Origin: a virus
Taxonomy: Duplodnaviria; Caudoviricetes
Virus record (IMG/VR): IMGVR_UViG_3300044675_007236
Reading direction: 5' to 3' (one strand)
DNA length: 64,000 bases
How positions within the stretch are numbered: the stretch's first letter is position 1; the number at the start of each line of letters is the position of its first letter. Below are positions 25,169 to 33,701 of the stretch, piece by piece. Under the pieces are notes generated by a model. That model ran no database searches, was not told where the DNA came from, and worked only from the letters and a program-made list of their open reading frames with translations. A program made the translations under genes and the position numbers.

Positions 25169-25510
25169 CTACACCTTAGCCGTTATCTCAAACCCCACCT
25201 GATAATAAGCAGGCTTGACGTCCGGATGGTCGAACGGCAGTGGTTTACCGTCGGCGTCACGAAGGTCTTCAAGAGCTTTACCTTCTTTGTTTCGCGGATG
25301 GATAGCCTGGGCAAGTCCAGATATACCCGGACTACCCTTAATACCAGCGGCACTGGCAGCTTTTAACGCCTCATTCCTCGCGGCAGCCGAAGATAGCTCG
25401 TCGATTTGCTGCGGGAAAGTCTTAGCGTTTGACCTGACGGTAACAACCGCACGCGTGCCGCCGTTCCCCAGGATGCACTCGATAACCTCAATCATTGTAT
25501 GACCTTTCAA
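25169..25510 (-). CDS. Hypothetical protein
   Basis: 113-aa ORF (start possibly 25498). Confidence 0.65.
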   Translation of the reverse strand: MKGHTMIEVIECILGNGGTRAVVTVRSNAKTFPQQIDELSSAAARNEALKAASAAGIKGSPGISGLAQAIHPRNKEGKALEDLRDADGKPLPFDHPDVKPAYYQVGFEITAKV

Positions 25511-25517
25511 AATGAAA

Positions 25518-25733
25518 CTAATCTACCTGCCAACCTGCGGCTAGCACTTCTTGTTCAGACGAATATGAGATAGTGTTCCCGTTTCCTCCGTCCCAAATGT
25601 AGCCTAGAAATACATCCTAGCTGTTTTCTAACAGAAAACCATGCTCTCGGTTACCCTCACGTTCGCGAATAACGCACAAGTAACGTGAACCGTCTGAAGC
25701 TTTAGGCCATTCTTTAAGCTCAAGTAAACCCAT
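25518..25733 (-). pseudogene. Small gene interrupted by an in-frame TAG (25617-25619)
   Basis: Hand-translated MGLLELKEWPK...FLLENS*DVFLGYIWDG...EQEVLAAGWQVD*; GAGGG SD. Confidence 0.5.
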
Positions 25734-25757
25734 ACTACCCTCACTTTAGTTTGAATT

Positions 25758-26180
25758 CTACTGCGGAAATAAAACTTCAACAAGTTCTGCGTATTTGCCT
25801 TCAACCTGTCGGGCTGTCGACTTTTCTTCTTGGGATTTTCGAACAACCTTTCGGTCAATCGCAACATCTTTCGGAGCCTGAAAAGCCATTCTCACGACTT
25901 TTGAGCTGCTTGATACCAAGTTGATCACGCTTTGCCCGTAACTGACAGGCTTGTCGTACGTGATATTCCTAGTAAAAGCAGCCTTGCCTAACGGCATAAA
26001 TCTAAACCTAGCAAAACCTTTTTCCGCGGCGAAAACTTGGATTTCGGTTTTACCAATAAAGAAACAACTTTCGTCGCTTGGGTTTTCGATGTTAGCGTCA
26101 ACCTTCACCGCGAAAGACAAGCCTCCAAATTGCTTAGACACTGATATTTTCCTTTCCGAAGTTTTCAAACTTCCACTCAA
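25758..26180 (-). CDS. Hypothetical protein with CsrA-like C-terminal motif
   Basis: VRMAFQAPKDVAIDRKVV resembles the VRxGxxAPxxVxIxRxE motif of CsrA-like folds; weak. Confidence 0.5.
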   Translation of the reverse strand: MSGSLKTSERKISVSKQFGGLSFAVKVDANIENPSDESCFFIGKTEIQVFAAEKGFARFRFMPLGKAAFTRNITYDKPVSYGQSVINLVSSSSKVVRMAFQAPKDVAIDRKVVRKSQEEKSTARQVEGKYAELVEVLFPQ

Positions 26181-26526
26181 GCCGTCGTTCTGAAGCTAAA
26201 TTTTTCAGCCTTTTTTTCCAGCTAGATTCGAGAGCGTTGTCGTGAATGCATTGCAAGTTCGAAATAAGTCCTCTGTGTGCAAAGGGTACAATGACACGAT
26301 GACTTAACCTAGACCAGGTATCGCCTTCAAATTTAGCAGAGTAAGCCTTATCTGGTATTAGACAGCCTGCAGCGCACTTCCTACCCTGCTCATCACGATA
26401 AACGCAGTTTTCCTCTTGGTCTACTGACCGGCAGTTTTGCGTAAGCAGATGTTCAGCAACGCGGTCAAAACATTCTTGTTCAGTTTTGGGAAAATCTTCC
26501 CAAAGTTTCGGGTCGTAAGACATCAT
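26134..26526 (-). CDS. Conserved phage hypothetical protein
   Basis: QECFDRVAEHLLTQ...CVYR...KCAAGCLIPD...LQCIHD. Confidence 0.7.
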   Translation of the reverse strand: MMSYDPKLWEDFPKTEQECFDRVAEHLLTQNCRSVDQEENCVYRDEQGRKCAAGCLIPDKAYSAKFEGDTWSRLSHRVIVPFAHRGLISNLQCIHDNALESSWKKRLKNLASERRLEWKFENFGKENISV

Positions 26527-26813
26527 TCACTCCACAATATTAAAGGTTCAGTCTTTTGGTGCAGCTCAGCCAAGTCGCACGCGGTGAAGTACTCTAGCTG
26601 TCGCATCAGTTCCTCGGGCTCGAGGTGATCGTGATCACCGTCCATACCTACGAGGTGCGGTTGTTGCGGTTCAGGTTGGAAGCCATCAACCTCTTTTTGA
26701 GCGATCACGATATAGCCCCTGGCTACATAGGATCTCATTTTGCGAGCAAACTTTTGTCGAGGTTTTGCAACTTGAGGTACGGAACTCATGTTGAGAATCT
26801 TTCTTTTTACCAA
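26523..26813 (-). CDS. Hypothetical protein
   Basis: 96-aa ORF. Confidence 0.55.
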   Translation of the reverse strand: MVKRKILNMSSVPQVAKPRQKFARKMRSYVARGYIVIAQKEVDGFQPEPQQPHLVGMDGDHDHLEPEELMRQLEYFTACDLAELHQKTEPLILWSE

Positions 26814-26968
26814 ACCGACGAATAAGAAACTGCGACGTTGCCGTTTCCGGAAATTTTGCTGTCGTAGACCTCTACATTATGCATGTAAACATCTACCTTC
26901 AGCATTTGTTGTCTAGGAGCAGTACAACCACATACTAAAACAATAGAAAGCAAAATCCATTTAATCAT
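26807..26968 (-). CDS. Small putative lipoprotein
   Basis: MIKWILLSIVLVCGC lipobox-like; GGAGG SD. Confidence 0.55.
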   Translation of the reverse strand: MIKWILLSIVLVCGCTAPRQQMLKVDVYMHNVEVYDSKISGNGNVAVSYSSVW

Positions 26969-26981
26969 TATTTCCTCCTTG

Positions 26982-27019
26982 AAAAAGCCGCCCACCTAAG
27001 AAGGCAGGCGGCTTAAAAA
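26982..27019. terminator. Intrinsic terminator, possibly bidirectional
   Basis: AAGCCGCC...GGCGGCTT stem flanked by A tracts. Confidence 0.7.
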
Positions 27020-27035
27020 CGCTTTTAGCCTGTGG

Positions 27036-27452
27036 CTAGCGGCTGTTAGCTGTATCCAGTACCGCTTGAGCCGCAGAAACCACCTTGAGCACATGCAGAT
27101 TTACTTGTTCAGGTTGTGCGGTTTCTGTGGGCTGTTCTGGTTCGATCCCAAGCATAGCACATGTCTCCAAGTACTTCTGCGCATGCGGAGTTACTTGTTC
27201 AGGTTGTGCGGTTTCTGCGGGCGGTTCCGGTTTGAACGGATACACAAAAAGTGTATCTGCTGCATTCGTGTTGTTGCGGATTGCGAACTTCACGCTGCGA
27301 GACCTGAGCTCGTGGCGGATCTCTTCTTGCGAAGCTCCGTCTTTCCGCAACGCAAATTCCAGCCCGATTGAATCAGCTGGCAGACTGTGGGCCTGCCTTG
27401 CGATTCTATCGAACCACTCCTTGCGATTCTTTTTCCTCATTGAACCTATCAT
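27036..27452 (-). CDS. Hypothetical protein with internal ETAQPEQV duplication
   Basis: 26-bp direct repeat about 90 bp apart; AAGGA SD. Confidence 0.6.
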   Translation of the reverse strand: MIGSMRKKNRKEWFDRIARQAHSLPADSIGLEFALRKDGASQEEIRHELRSRSVKFAIRNNTNAADTLFVYPFKPEPPAETAQPEQVTPHAQKYLETCAMLGIEPEQPTETAQPEQVNLHVLKVVSAAQAVLDTANSR

Positions 27453-27509
27453 ACTCAATTCCTTTGAAAAAGGTTTAACGAACAAAGCAACATCAAAGAT
27501 GTCACACAA

Positions 27510-27583
27510 TGGGACTGCCCGGACTTGAACCGAGAACCGAGAGATTATGAGTCTCCTGCTCTAACCTATTGAGCTACAGTCCC
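27510..27583 (-). tRNA. tRNA with CAU anticodon (Ile2 more likely than Met)
   Basis: GGGACTGTAGCTCAATAGGTTAGAGCAGGAGACTCATAATCTCTCGGTTCTCGGTTCAAGTCCGGGCAGTCCCA folds as a canonical cloverleaf; no encoded CCA. Confidence 0.92.
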
Positions 27584-27591
27584 AATCGAAA

Positions 27592-27852
27592 CTAGATGTC
27601 TAGCTCTTTAAGAACAGCAAGGACTTCTTCTTTAGTACGTTCAGGATCATCATTCCAGTCAATTACTCTCATCCCCAAATGTTCTTTGAGTTTAGGGTAG
27701 TTCAAGTCCAAAGTACCAGTAGCTTTCAGTAACCCTACTGCGCAAAAGCTACAAGCTTGAGGATCATTAACTTCTACCCAGTGATCGAATGCGTTTCTTG
27801 CTAACGCTCCTTGACACCAGTCTTTTTCTTCTAACAGTTGCCAAGCTTTCAT
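27592..27852 (-). CDS. WCQ/WND-motif paralog A1 (DUF6197-like)
   Basis: MKAW...WCQG...FCAVG...WND.P.RTKEEV...KELDI. Confidence 0.8.
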   Translation of the reverse strand: MKAWQLLEEKDWCQGALARNAFDHWVEVNDPQACSFCAVGLLKATGTLDLNYPKLKEHLGMRVIDWNDDPERTKEEVLAVLKELDI

Positions 27853-28121
27853 ATGTCTAGCTCCTTAAGTAAAGCGATGACTTCTTCCTTAGTGCGGTCG
27901 GGATGGTCGTTCCATTCCGTAATTTGCAAAGTGGAGTAAAGCGAGAGGTGATGTTCTAATTTTTTAAGTGCAGGGCTACCCGCACCTACCCGTTCTAAAG
28001 CTCCGCGGGTGCAAAAACTACAAGCCATAGCACTATCAATAGGAGCCGGAAGGCCTTCTGCATTTCTTGCCCATGCGTATTGACACCAGCCTTTTTCTTC
28101 TAACAATTCCCAAGCTTTCAT
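27849..28121 (-). CDS. WCQ/WND-motif paralog B1 (DUF6197-like)
   Basis: Same terminal motifs; ATGA coupling. Confidence 0.8.
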   Translation of the reverse strand: MKAWELLEEKGWCQYAWARNAEGLPAPIDSAMACSFCTRGALERVGAGSPALKKLEHHLSLYSTLQITEWNDHPDRTKEEVIALLKELDI

Positions 28122-28423
28122 ATATCAAGCTCCTTAAGCAAAGCGATGACTTCTTCTTTGGTACGTTCAGGATGGTCGTTCCAAACTGAAATTAACGCAT
28201 GTTGATCTGTTGCCTGCAATTTATCTTGCACGCTATTAACATCGTCATACACACCAATGGCGTCTACAGCTCCGTATTTCGATGTGTGTTTTCTGTCTAT
28301 CGCTCCGAAAATACAAAAGCTAACGGCTTTGTCGCTAATCGGGGAACAAGACCGCCCTTTGTCGCTTCTTGCGTTAACCTTTTGACACCAGCCGTTTTGC
28401 TCGATGATTTGCCAAGCCTTCAT
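28118..28423 (-). CDS. WCQ/WND-motif paralog C1 (DUF6197-like)
   Basis: Same terminal motifs; ATGA coupling. Confidence 0.8.
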   Translation of the reverse strand: MKAWQIIEQNGWCQKVNARSDKGRSCSPISDKAVSFCIFGAIDRKHTSKYGAVDAIGVYDDVNSVQDKLQATDQHALISVWNDHPERTKEEVIALLKELDI

Positions 28424-28454
28424 AAGCTAAACTCCTTAAGTAAAAAGAAAACAA

Positions 28455-28754
28455 TTAGCTACAGAAATGATGTTCAGTAAGTGAATGCCGCTTCATCATG
28501 TCTTGTTCGACCATTTCTGCCCACTTTTCAAATTCACCGTTATCAAACGAATCTTCAACATCCAGAAAAGGAAAAACCCAACCCAGTTTATTGAAATTAG
28601 AACTGCAAATTTGAGGACCAAGATGACTTGGTCTTGCTGACGTGAATGGGCATTCGCAGTATTCACCGAGCAAGAACATGTATTCTGACAAGTACTGGTG
28701 TGGTAGATTTGGAACTACTGTCCTTGCCCAAAAGATATTATCCGATTTTCTCAT
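28455..28754 (-). CDS. Hypothetical protein
   Basis: 99-aa ORF. Confidence 0.55.
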   Translation of the reverse strand: MRKSDNIFWARTVVPNLPHQYLSEYMFLLGEYCECPFTSARPSHLGPQICSSNFNKLGWVFPFLDVEDSFDNGEFEKWAEMVEQDMMKRHSLTEHHFCS

Positions 28755-28771
28755 TTTGACACGTTATCCGT

Positions 28772-29122
28772 TTAGAATCCGTTTAGAATCGCCTTGTCGA
28801 TGTTAGCTGCGGCAGCCGCTTCAGCGGCGATACAATCGGCGTTCGCTTGTTCCGACCACTCGCTGAAATCTTTCATCTTTTGCGTGTGATCAGTTTCTGT
28901 CTCTTGCTCGCGGATACAATCAGTATAGTCCGCAATAAATTCTTTAGCCCTTTCAAGTAAAAAAGCTGCTTCTTCAAGCGTACTGAGCATTTGCGAAAAC
29001 CCAGACACGTCATCGTAATCGTTGTCAACAAACCAGTTACGAACGTCTTCAATTGATGCTATATCTTTTCTCAAGGCGTATTGTTGACGACGTAGCAGAA
29101 TTTTCAGAGTATCTTTAGACAT
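28772..29122 (-). CDS. Hypothetical coiled-coil protein
   Basis: 116-aa ORF; AAGGA SD. Confidence 0.6.
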   Translation of the reverse strand: MSKDTLKILLRRQQYALRKDIASIEDVRNWFVDNDYDDVSGFSQMLSTLEEAAFLLERAKEFIADYTDCIREQETETDHTQKMKDFSEWSEQANADCIAAEAAAAANIDKAILNGF

Positions 29123-29183
29123 AGAAATATTCCTTAACAGAAAGAAAAAAACCGGAGCCTATCCCGACATGGTTGGGGTGGGT

Positions 29184-29750
29184 TTACTCGGACTCGCAAG
29201 AGGTTTGCTCGGCCTGCCGATTGATTTGGCAGCGTAACCACGATCGACCACAGGCGTCGAGGAAATAAATCAAACTTGGCTCTCCGGCGTAGGCTAGTCG
29301 GAACCCGATCAATTCTACCTGCGACCACGGATCTGTCGGGAAATTCTTAACCCTAGCTTCGACCGGCTTGTGCGTCTTGACAATCGAATGTGTGATCTTG
29401 ACAAGATCGTCGAGGTTTAGGTCCTCCCAGCAAGATTTCGTAACTTGATCCACCAGCGGAGCCAATGCCCTTTCTGCTGCTCCTTGTCCGTTGTCACGGT
29501 CATACAGCTGCGGATTTAACGTATCTTTTCCTAGATCTACTTTCATCACACGACCCCTTAAATAGTCTTAATACTGGCCGCCTCTGTTGACTGTGCTAAT
29601 GCCGCTGGTGTACTGTCTTGCGTCTTCCACCGTCATGGGGACCGCACCGGACTCATCCAAAAAACCCATTCCCTGTTGCTTGCTTGCGTTAAACAGTGCC
29701 GCTAGTACTTCCGCTTTGTCCAACTTGCTAATATCAATTGTGTTGCTCAT
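29184..29750 (-). pseudogene. Conserved phage/giant-virus protein split by one in-frame TAA (29568-29570)
   Basis: ORFs 29568-29750 and 29184-29549 are in one frame; they read GGQY*DYLRGRVMKVDL...LYDRDNGQGAA, matching the recalled family motif YFDYLxGRVMKVDL. Confidence 0.75.
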
Positions 29751-29816
29751 TTTATAGTTCCCAAAAAAGTGTTAGTAAACCGGAGCCTATACCGGCAGAA
29801 GGCAGTTAGAACTAGA

Positions 29817-30077
29817 CTAGATGTCTAGCTCTTTAAGAACAGCAAGGACTTCTTCCTTAGTACGTTCAGGATGGTCGTTCCAGTCAACTACATTCATCCC
29901 TAAATGTTCTTTGAGTTTAGGGTAGTTCAAGTCACAAGTACCAGTAGCTTCCAGTAACCCTACCACGCAAAATCTACGAGCCTGAGGATCGTGAACTCTT
30001 ACACTTTGACCGCTTGCGTTTCTTGCGTAATCTCCTTGACACCAGTCTTTTTCTTCTAACAATTCCCAAGCTTTCAT
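29817..30077 (-). CDS. WCQ/WND-motif paralog A2 (DUF6197-like)
   Basis: Very similar to A1 along its length. Confidence 0.8.
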   Translation of the reverse strand: MKAWELLEEKDWCQGDYARNASGQSVRVHDPQARRFCVVGLLEATGTCDLNYPKLKEHLGMNVVDWNDHPERTKEEVLAVLKELDI

Positions 30078-30394
30078 ATATCAAGCTCCTTAAGCAAAGC
30101 GATGACTTCTTCTTTGGTACGTTCAAGCTCGTCGTTCCAATTTATCAAACAGTCGTCGCGACCTAGAAACTCCAACTTTTCCTCGGCTTTGCCGATGTCA
30201 AAATATGCCGCTAAGTTTGCAGTATCGGTTTCCCACGGACCAAAAGTTTTAGCTGAGTGCTTTCGAAGAATGGCTCCGACGGCACAAAAGCTAATGGCAG
30301 TCGTATCGACAGGCCTACAAGTTAAGTCTAGTTCGTTTTTTGCCATGCGACCTTGGCACCAGCCGTACTTTTCAAGTATTTCAAAGGCTTTCAT
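30074..30394 (-). CDS. WCQ/WND-motif paralog B2 (DUF6197-like)
   Basis: Same terminal motifs. Confidence 0.8.
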   Translation of the reverse strand: MKAFEILEKYGWCQGRMAKNELDLTCRPVDTTAISFCAVGAILRKHSAKTFGPWETDTANLAAYFDIGKAEEKLEFLGRDDCLINWNDELERTKEEVIALLKELDI

Positions 30395-30678
30395 ATGTCA
30401 AGCTCCTTGAGTAACGCAACAACTTCTTCTTTGGTACGGCTAGAATGATCGTTCCAAACTGAAAGGCTTGCACTGCTTCCAAAACCAAGTTTACGGCAGG
30501 CTTTAGCAAGGTCTTCCGTTAGAGTAGTGCGTGAGCATCGATTCTTTCGATATATCGCACCTATTAAACAAAAGTTAGCTGCAGTTTTGTCGTTAATACT
30601 ACAGCCAACCCCTGTTTCGTCTGTTGCCAGGTTTTCTTGGCACCAGCCGTACTTTTCAAGTAGCTCGAAGGCTTTCAT
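30391..30678 (-). CDS. WCQ/WND-motif paralog C2 (DUF6197-like)
   Basis: Same terminal motifs. Confidence 0.8.
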   Translation of the reverse strand: MKAFELLEKYGWCQENLATDETGVGCSINDKTAANFCLIGAIYRKNRCSRTTLTEDLAKACRKLGFGSSASLSVWNDHSSRTKEEVVALLKELDI

Positions 30679-30679
30679 A

Positions 30680-31198
30680 TCAGTCTCCGTAGATAGGTAA
30701 AAGTAAACTGTCGCTGTCGCGAAGAGTATATTTTTGGCAAATGGCGATAACCCATTTAAAGTCTCGCTTAGAAATTAAAAGCACCTCGCCGCGACCAGTC
30801 ATACCGACAGCTGTCCAGCCTTTGTTAAGGTACAGTCGCAAAGAAGTTTCGTCCGCTTCAGGCCACAAGGCCTGAAAGTAGCTCAAAACAATCTTAGACT
30901 GCACTGGGTCTTCGGTTGAAAACATCATCAGGTACCTAACAGGATTTTTCATATCTTCCCAGTAGGATCCATGAATTGGAATTTTGAAATTTTGAGGCTT
31001 CTCCTGATAGTCAGAATTGAGACGGATCGCTTTTTCCCTTAGCTCGCAGATATCGTTTCGTCGCATTTCGGGATCAAGTGTTTCTACGATCACGTCTACA
31101 AATTTCTTGTAGCGATCTACTGTGCATTTCAAACACGGTAGACCGCTGATTTTGTCGCAACAGTTAGAGCAAAGATTTCTAAAACTAGCGTCGTTCAT
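30680..31198 (-). CDS. Hypothetical protein with N-terminal Cys cluster
   Basis: CSNCCDK...CLKC. Confidence 0.6.
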   Translation of the reverse strand: MNDASFRNLCSNCCDKISGLPCLKCTVDRYKKFVDVIVETLDPEMRRNDICELREKAIRLNSDYQEKPQNFKIPIHGSYWEDMKNPVRYLMMFSTEDPVQSKIVLSYFQALWPEADETSLRLYLNKGWTAVGMTGRGEVLLISKRDFKWVIAICQKYTLRDSDSLLLPIYGD

Positions 31199-31478
31199 TT
31201 CTTTTTTCCCCTTTTATTACCACGTCTTTAGCGACACCAAATCCGCACAGTTTGGCAAACATTTCCTGCCAATCGAAAGCTTTTTCGTTCCACTCTCCGT
31301 CGATTTGTAATGGATGCGGGTTTAGAAGCTCTTCAAAATGGGCAAAAAGGTCGTGTTTGTCCGGTGCTTTCGACTTGCCGACTAGCTCCGCCGCTTTTTC
31401 AAGCGTCATTGTCGTTTTCATTTCTTTTTCCTCCATGGAACTTGAATTTCTGCAACTCTGCGGTTGGCTTCTGCACAT
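31185..31478 (-). CDS. Hypothetical protein
   Basis: ORF; start probably at MKTTM. Confidence 0.5.
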   Translation of the reverse strand: MCRSQPQSCRNSSSMEEKEMKTTMTLEKAAELVGKSKAPDKHDLFAHFEELLNPHPLQIDGEWNEKAFDWQEMFAKLCGFGVAKDVVIKGEKRNERR

Positions 31479-31645
31479 TGTTTGTCGATACCGTCAAGCT
31501 CGGCAATAAGCCTTTCAGCAATATCGCCAAAATAAATTCGTATAAGCCTTTTGAGAATCTGGCGATCTCCGTGAGGCCAAACCAGACCGGCCTGCTTTAA
31601 GCTGTTTATGACAGCTTCGAGAACGATTGAATCTGTACTTTCCAT
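31418..31645 (-). CDS. Hypothetical protein
   Basis: 75-aa ORF. Confidence 0.55.
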   Translation of the reverse strand: MESTDSIVLEAVINSLKQAGLVWPHGDRQILKRLIRIYFGDIAERLIAELDGIDKQCAEANRRVAEIQVPWRKKK

Positions 31646-31646
31646 G

Positions 31647-32201
31647 TCATTTGCTTTCTAAGTATTGATAGGCGGGACTAAGCTCGCGATCGTTCCAGTA
31701 GGTACCTACGATCATGCGATGCTGATCAACTGGTGTTTCGACTTTTATCGAAAGACCAGCTGCAATTTTTTCTTCAACAGCTGCGTTAAGTTTTTCAGAA
31801 CGCAAACGGTATGAATCCCAACAAAAGCGGCGATAGTCCTCTAGGGGTAGAGATCCAGCATAAACTGCTGTTATCGATTTACAGTTACGGGCAACCCTTT
31901 TGACAACCAAATGCGTCCAGTCAGCGGGAGGTATTTCGTCTACGAAAACGATAATACCAATTGGTTTTCGAAGCCGATTCCAGACAGTCGCTTCAAATAG
32001 CCAGTTGGAGATAAATTCCAATCTAACCATGTAGTTTCCCTTGTCCGTTTGGACAAAAGGAACTTCGGCAACACAAATACCTTCGGTCGTGTGAACGGCA
32101 AAATCCCGCCACAGGCAGGTGCCAGGCTTTAACCTGGACACCAGCTCTTCTAAGTTTTGTAGTTTTTCCACGTTATTTCTTTGGGTCCATGAAAATGACA
32201 A
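31647..32201 (-). CDS. Hypothetical protein
   Basis: 184-aa ORF. Confidence 0.65.
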   Translation of the reverse strand: MSFSWTQRNNVEKLQNLEELVSRLKPGTCLWRDFAVHTTEGICVAEVPFVQTDKGNYMVRLEFISNWLFEATVWNRLRKPIGIIVFVDEIPPADWTHLVVKRVARNCKSITAVYAGSLPLEDYRRFCWDSYRLRSEKLNAAVEEKIAAGLSIKVETPVDQHRMIVGTYWNDRELSPAYQYLESK

Positions 32202-32550
32202 TGAAAAAAACTTCTAGTGACATGCGGGATTCAAACTTTGCAACCCACTCAAGCTCCTCGGCTGACAAAGTTTCCTTTGTCTTATTGAGGATAGTAATCT
32301 CGCTGTCTTTAAGTTCTCGAAGTTTGCGATCCAGAATCTTGTTCATCGATCTGCGAAAGACAGGGCCTGGTTCGCCTCTCTGAATAACAAATCCCAACCA
32401 GAAAGCGTCCTGAAACGCGTGCACTGTGTTAGTGACGAGCTTTTCGTTGCGAACTTCTTTAACCGGTGCTCCCGGCTTGTCCTGGACCTGCATCGCAGAA
32501 AGCGTGAAAAGACTAGACAAAGTAAACAGAATCAAAATGATCGTACGCAT
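32173..32550 (-). CDS. Secreted or membrane hypothetical protein
   Basis: MRTIILILFTLSSLFTLSA signal-like N-terminus; AAGGA SD. Confidence 0.6.
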   Translation of the reverse strand: MRTIILILFTLSSLFTLSAMQVQDKPGAPVKEVRNEKLVTNTVHAFQDAFWLGFVIQRGEPGPVFRRSMNKILDRKLRELKDSEITILNKTKETLSAEELEWVAKFESRMSLEVFFIVIFMDPKK

Positions 32551-32579
32551 GATTTTTCCTTGTGAATGTAAATTAAAGA

Positions 32580-33367
32580 TTACCGCAGCATTCACTGAAT
32601 GCGGTAAGCTTGTGTCCTCTGCATTTGCCAGGGCTTGGAACCTGCCTCACCGTGAGGGCTGCATTACACGCCGCAACTCTGCAAAGATCCTCACTGATCT
32701 TTACGCTTGCGGCAGGTCGGTCATGTAACTTGACCGGTGGTATAGAGTGAGCTATGCATTTTTCTACCTGTATGCTCAGGCTCTTAGCGTAGAAGTACGG
32801 GCAAGTTTCCGCTCTGCCTAGCGATCCGTTCTTCCACGGATTATTACTGGCCCCTTCGCGGTAGCTTTGCGTCGGACTCTCTCCGCGTGACTTGTCGTTA
32901 CTGATCAAGTCCACTGCTGACGTTTTTTAGTGTCGTCAGTACCACGTTACCTTTGGTTTAGCGAGAAGGTATTTCTCGGAACGTTTACTGCTTTTTAGCT
33001 CCGCCTTGAGATTGTTATAGACAACGCAAGACGCCAACATAAAAGCCCACAGAAATTTAGGGCTAGTTGTCGGAACAGTTTTCACTTTCTGGGGAATGCC
33101 CTTTCGGACTTTAGTTCAACCCCGAAACCGTGCCACGTGTACCTTTACACGCCACACAGTAATGCTTTACAAGACCCATAAAGAGAAGATCTTGGTAAGG
33201 ACGACACAAGTGCTAGCCGCCCGCAAATATCGCAAAGACAAAAGACGCTGTTACCCTCAGCTTGATTTTTACATCAAGCGAGTGCGGCCTTTGCGATACT
33301 CGACTTAAGCCAGTGAAAATACGTTTGCTTTTGTATTTCGACCGACTTGCAAACGATAAGTCGTCTG
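32580..33367 (-). ncRNA. Large highly structured ncRNA candidate (about 790 nt, GOLLD/ROOL size class)
   Basis: No credible ORF; more than 15 hairpins or long-range stems, e.g. TATCGCAAAG/CTTTGCGATA, GCTTGAT/ATCAAGC, CGTGTA/TACACG, CTGACG/CGTCAG, GACTTG/CAAGTC, ATCCGT/ACGGAT, GCCGCAA/TTGCGGC, AAAGATC/GATCTTT; terminal TTACCGCA/TGCGGTAA plus T-rich tract. Confidence 0.7.
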
Positions 33368-33404
33368 CATATTATTATGACTCGTTTTTAACGAAAATTA
33401 AGCA

Positions 33405-33701
33405 CTAAAAAGTATACTCTACAACCTTACCATTTTGGGCTACTCTCAGTCTAACCTTATCAGCACTAAGCATTTCTTTAAGTCGCTTCTTTTTCTCCAC
33501 ACCCATGTTGATGATAGATTGCTTGATCGTCTGCATGGTCTGCACACGTCTGGCTGCTGCCTTGTTACAAGGTTTACAACTTTTCTTCGCAACCGGTGCG
33601 GCACCGCTTGCGAGGAACGGAAACTCTCGTACGAAGTTAGGATTTGTAGCGAGCGTGAGCAACACCGTATCTTCAAGTGTAAGTAGCTTGTGTGTAGCCA
33701 T
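33405..33701 (-). CDS. Small basic protein with CKPC motif
   Basis: 98-aa ORF, TAATG coupling. Confidence 0.65.
   Translation of the reverse strand: MATHKLLTLEDTVLLTLATNPNFVREFPFLASGAAPVAKKSCKPCNKAAARRVQTMQTIKQSIINMGVEKKKRLKEMLSADKVRLRVAQNGKVVEYTF

Noticed and set aside
25518-29750. Genome-wide stop-codon reassignment
   Set aside because: The two internal stops differ (TAG and TAA). TAG, TAA and TGA all end many coupled genes, long genes are intact under the standard code, and no suppressor tRNA is seen.
27592-30678. Diversity-generating retroelement or integron behind the paralog array
   Set aside because: No reverse transcriptase, integrase or attC-like sites in the window; variation is not adenine-specific by inspection.
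32573-33308. ORFs 32573-32914 (-) and 33096-33308 (+)
   Set aside because: No SD or protein-like features; they lie within the hairpin-dense region.
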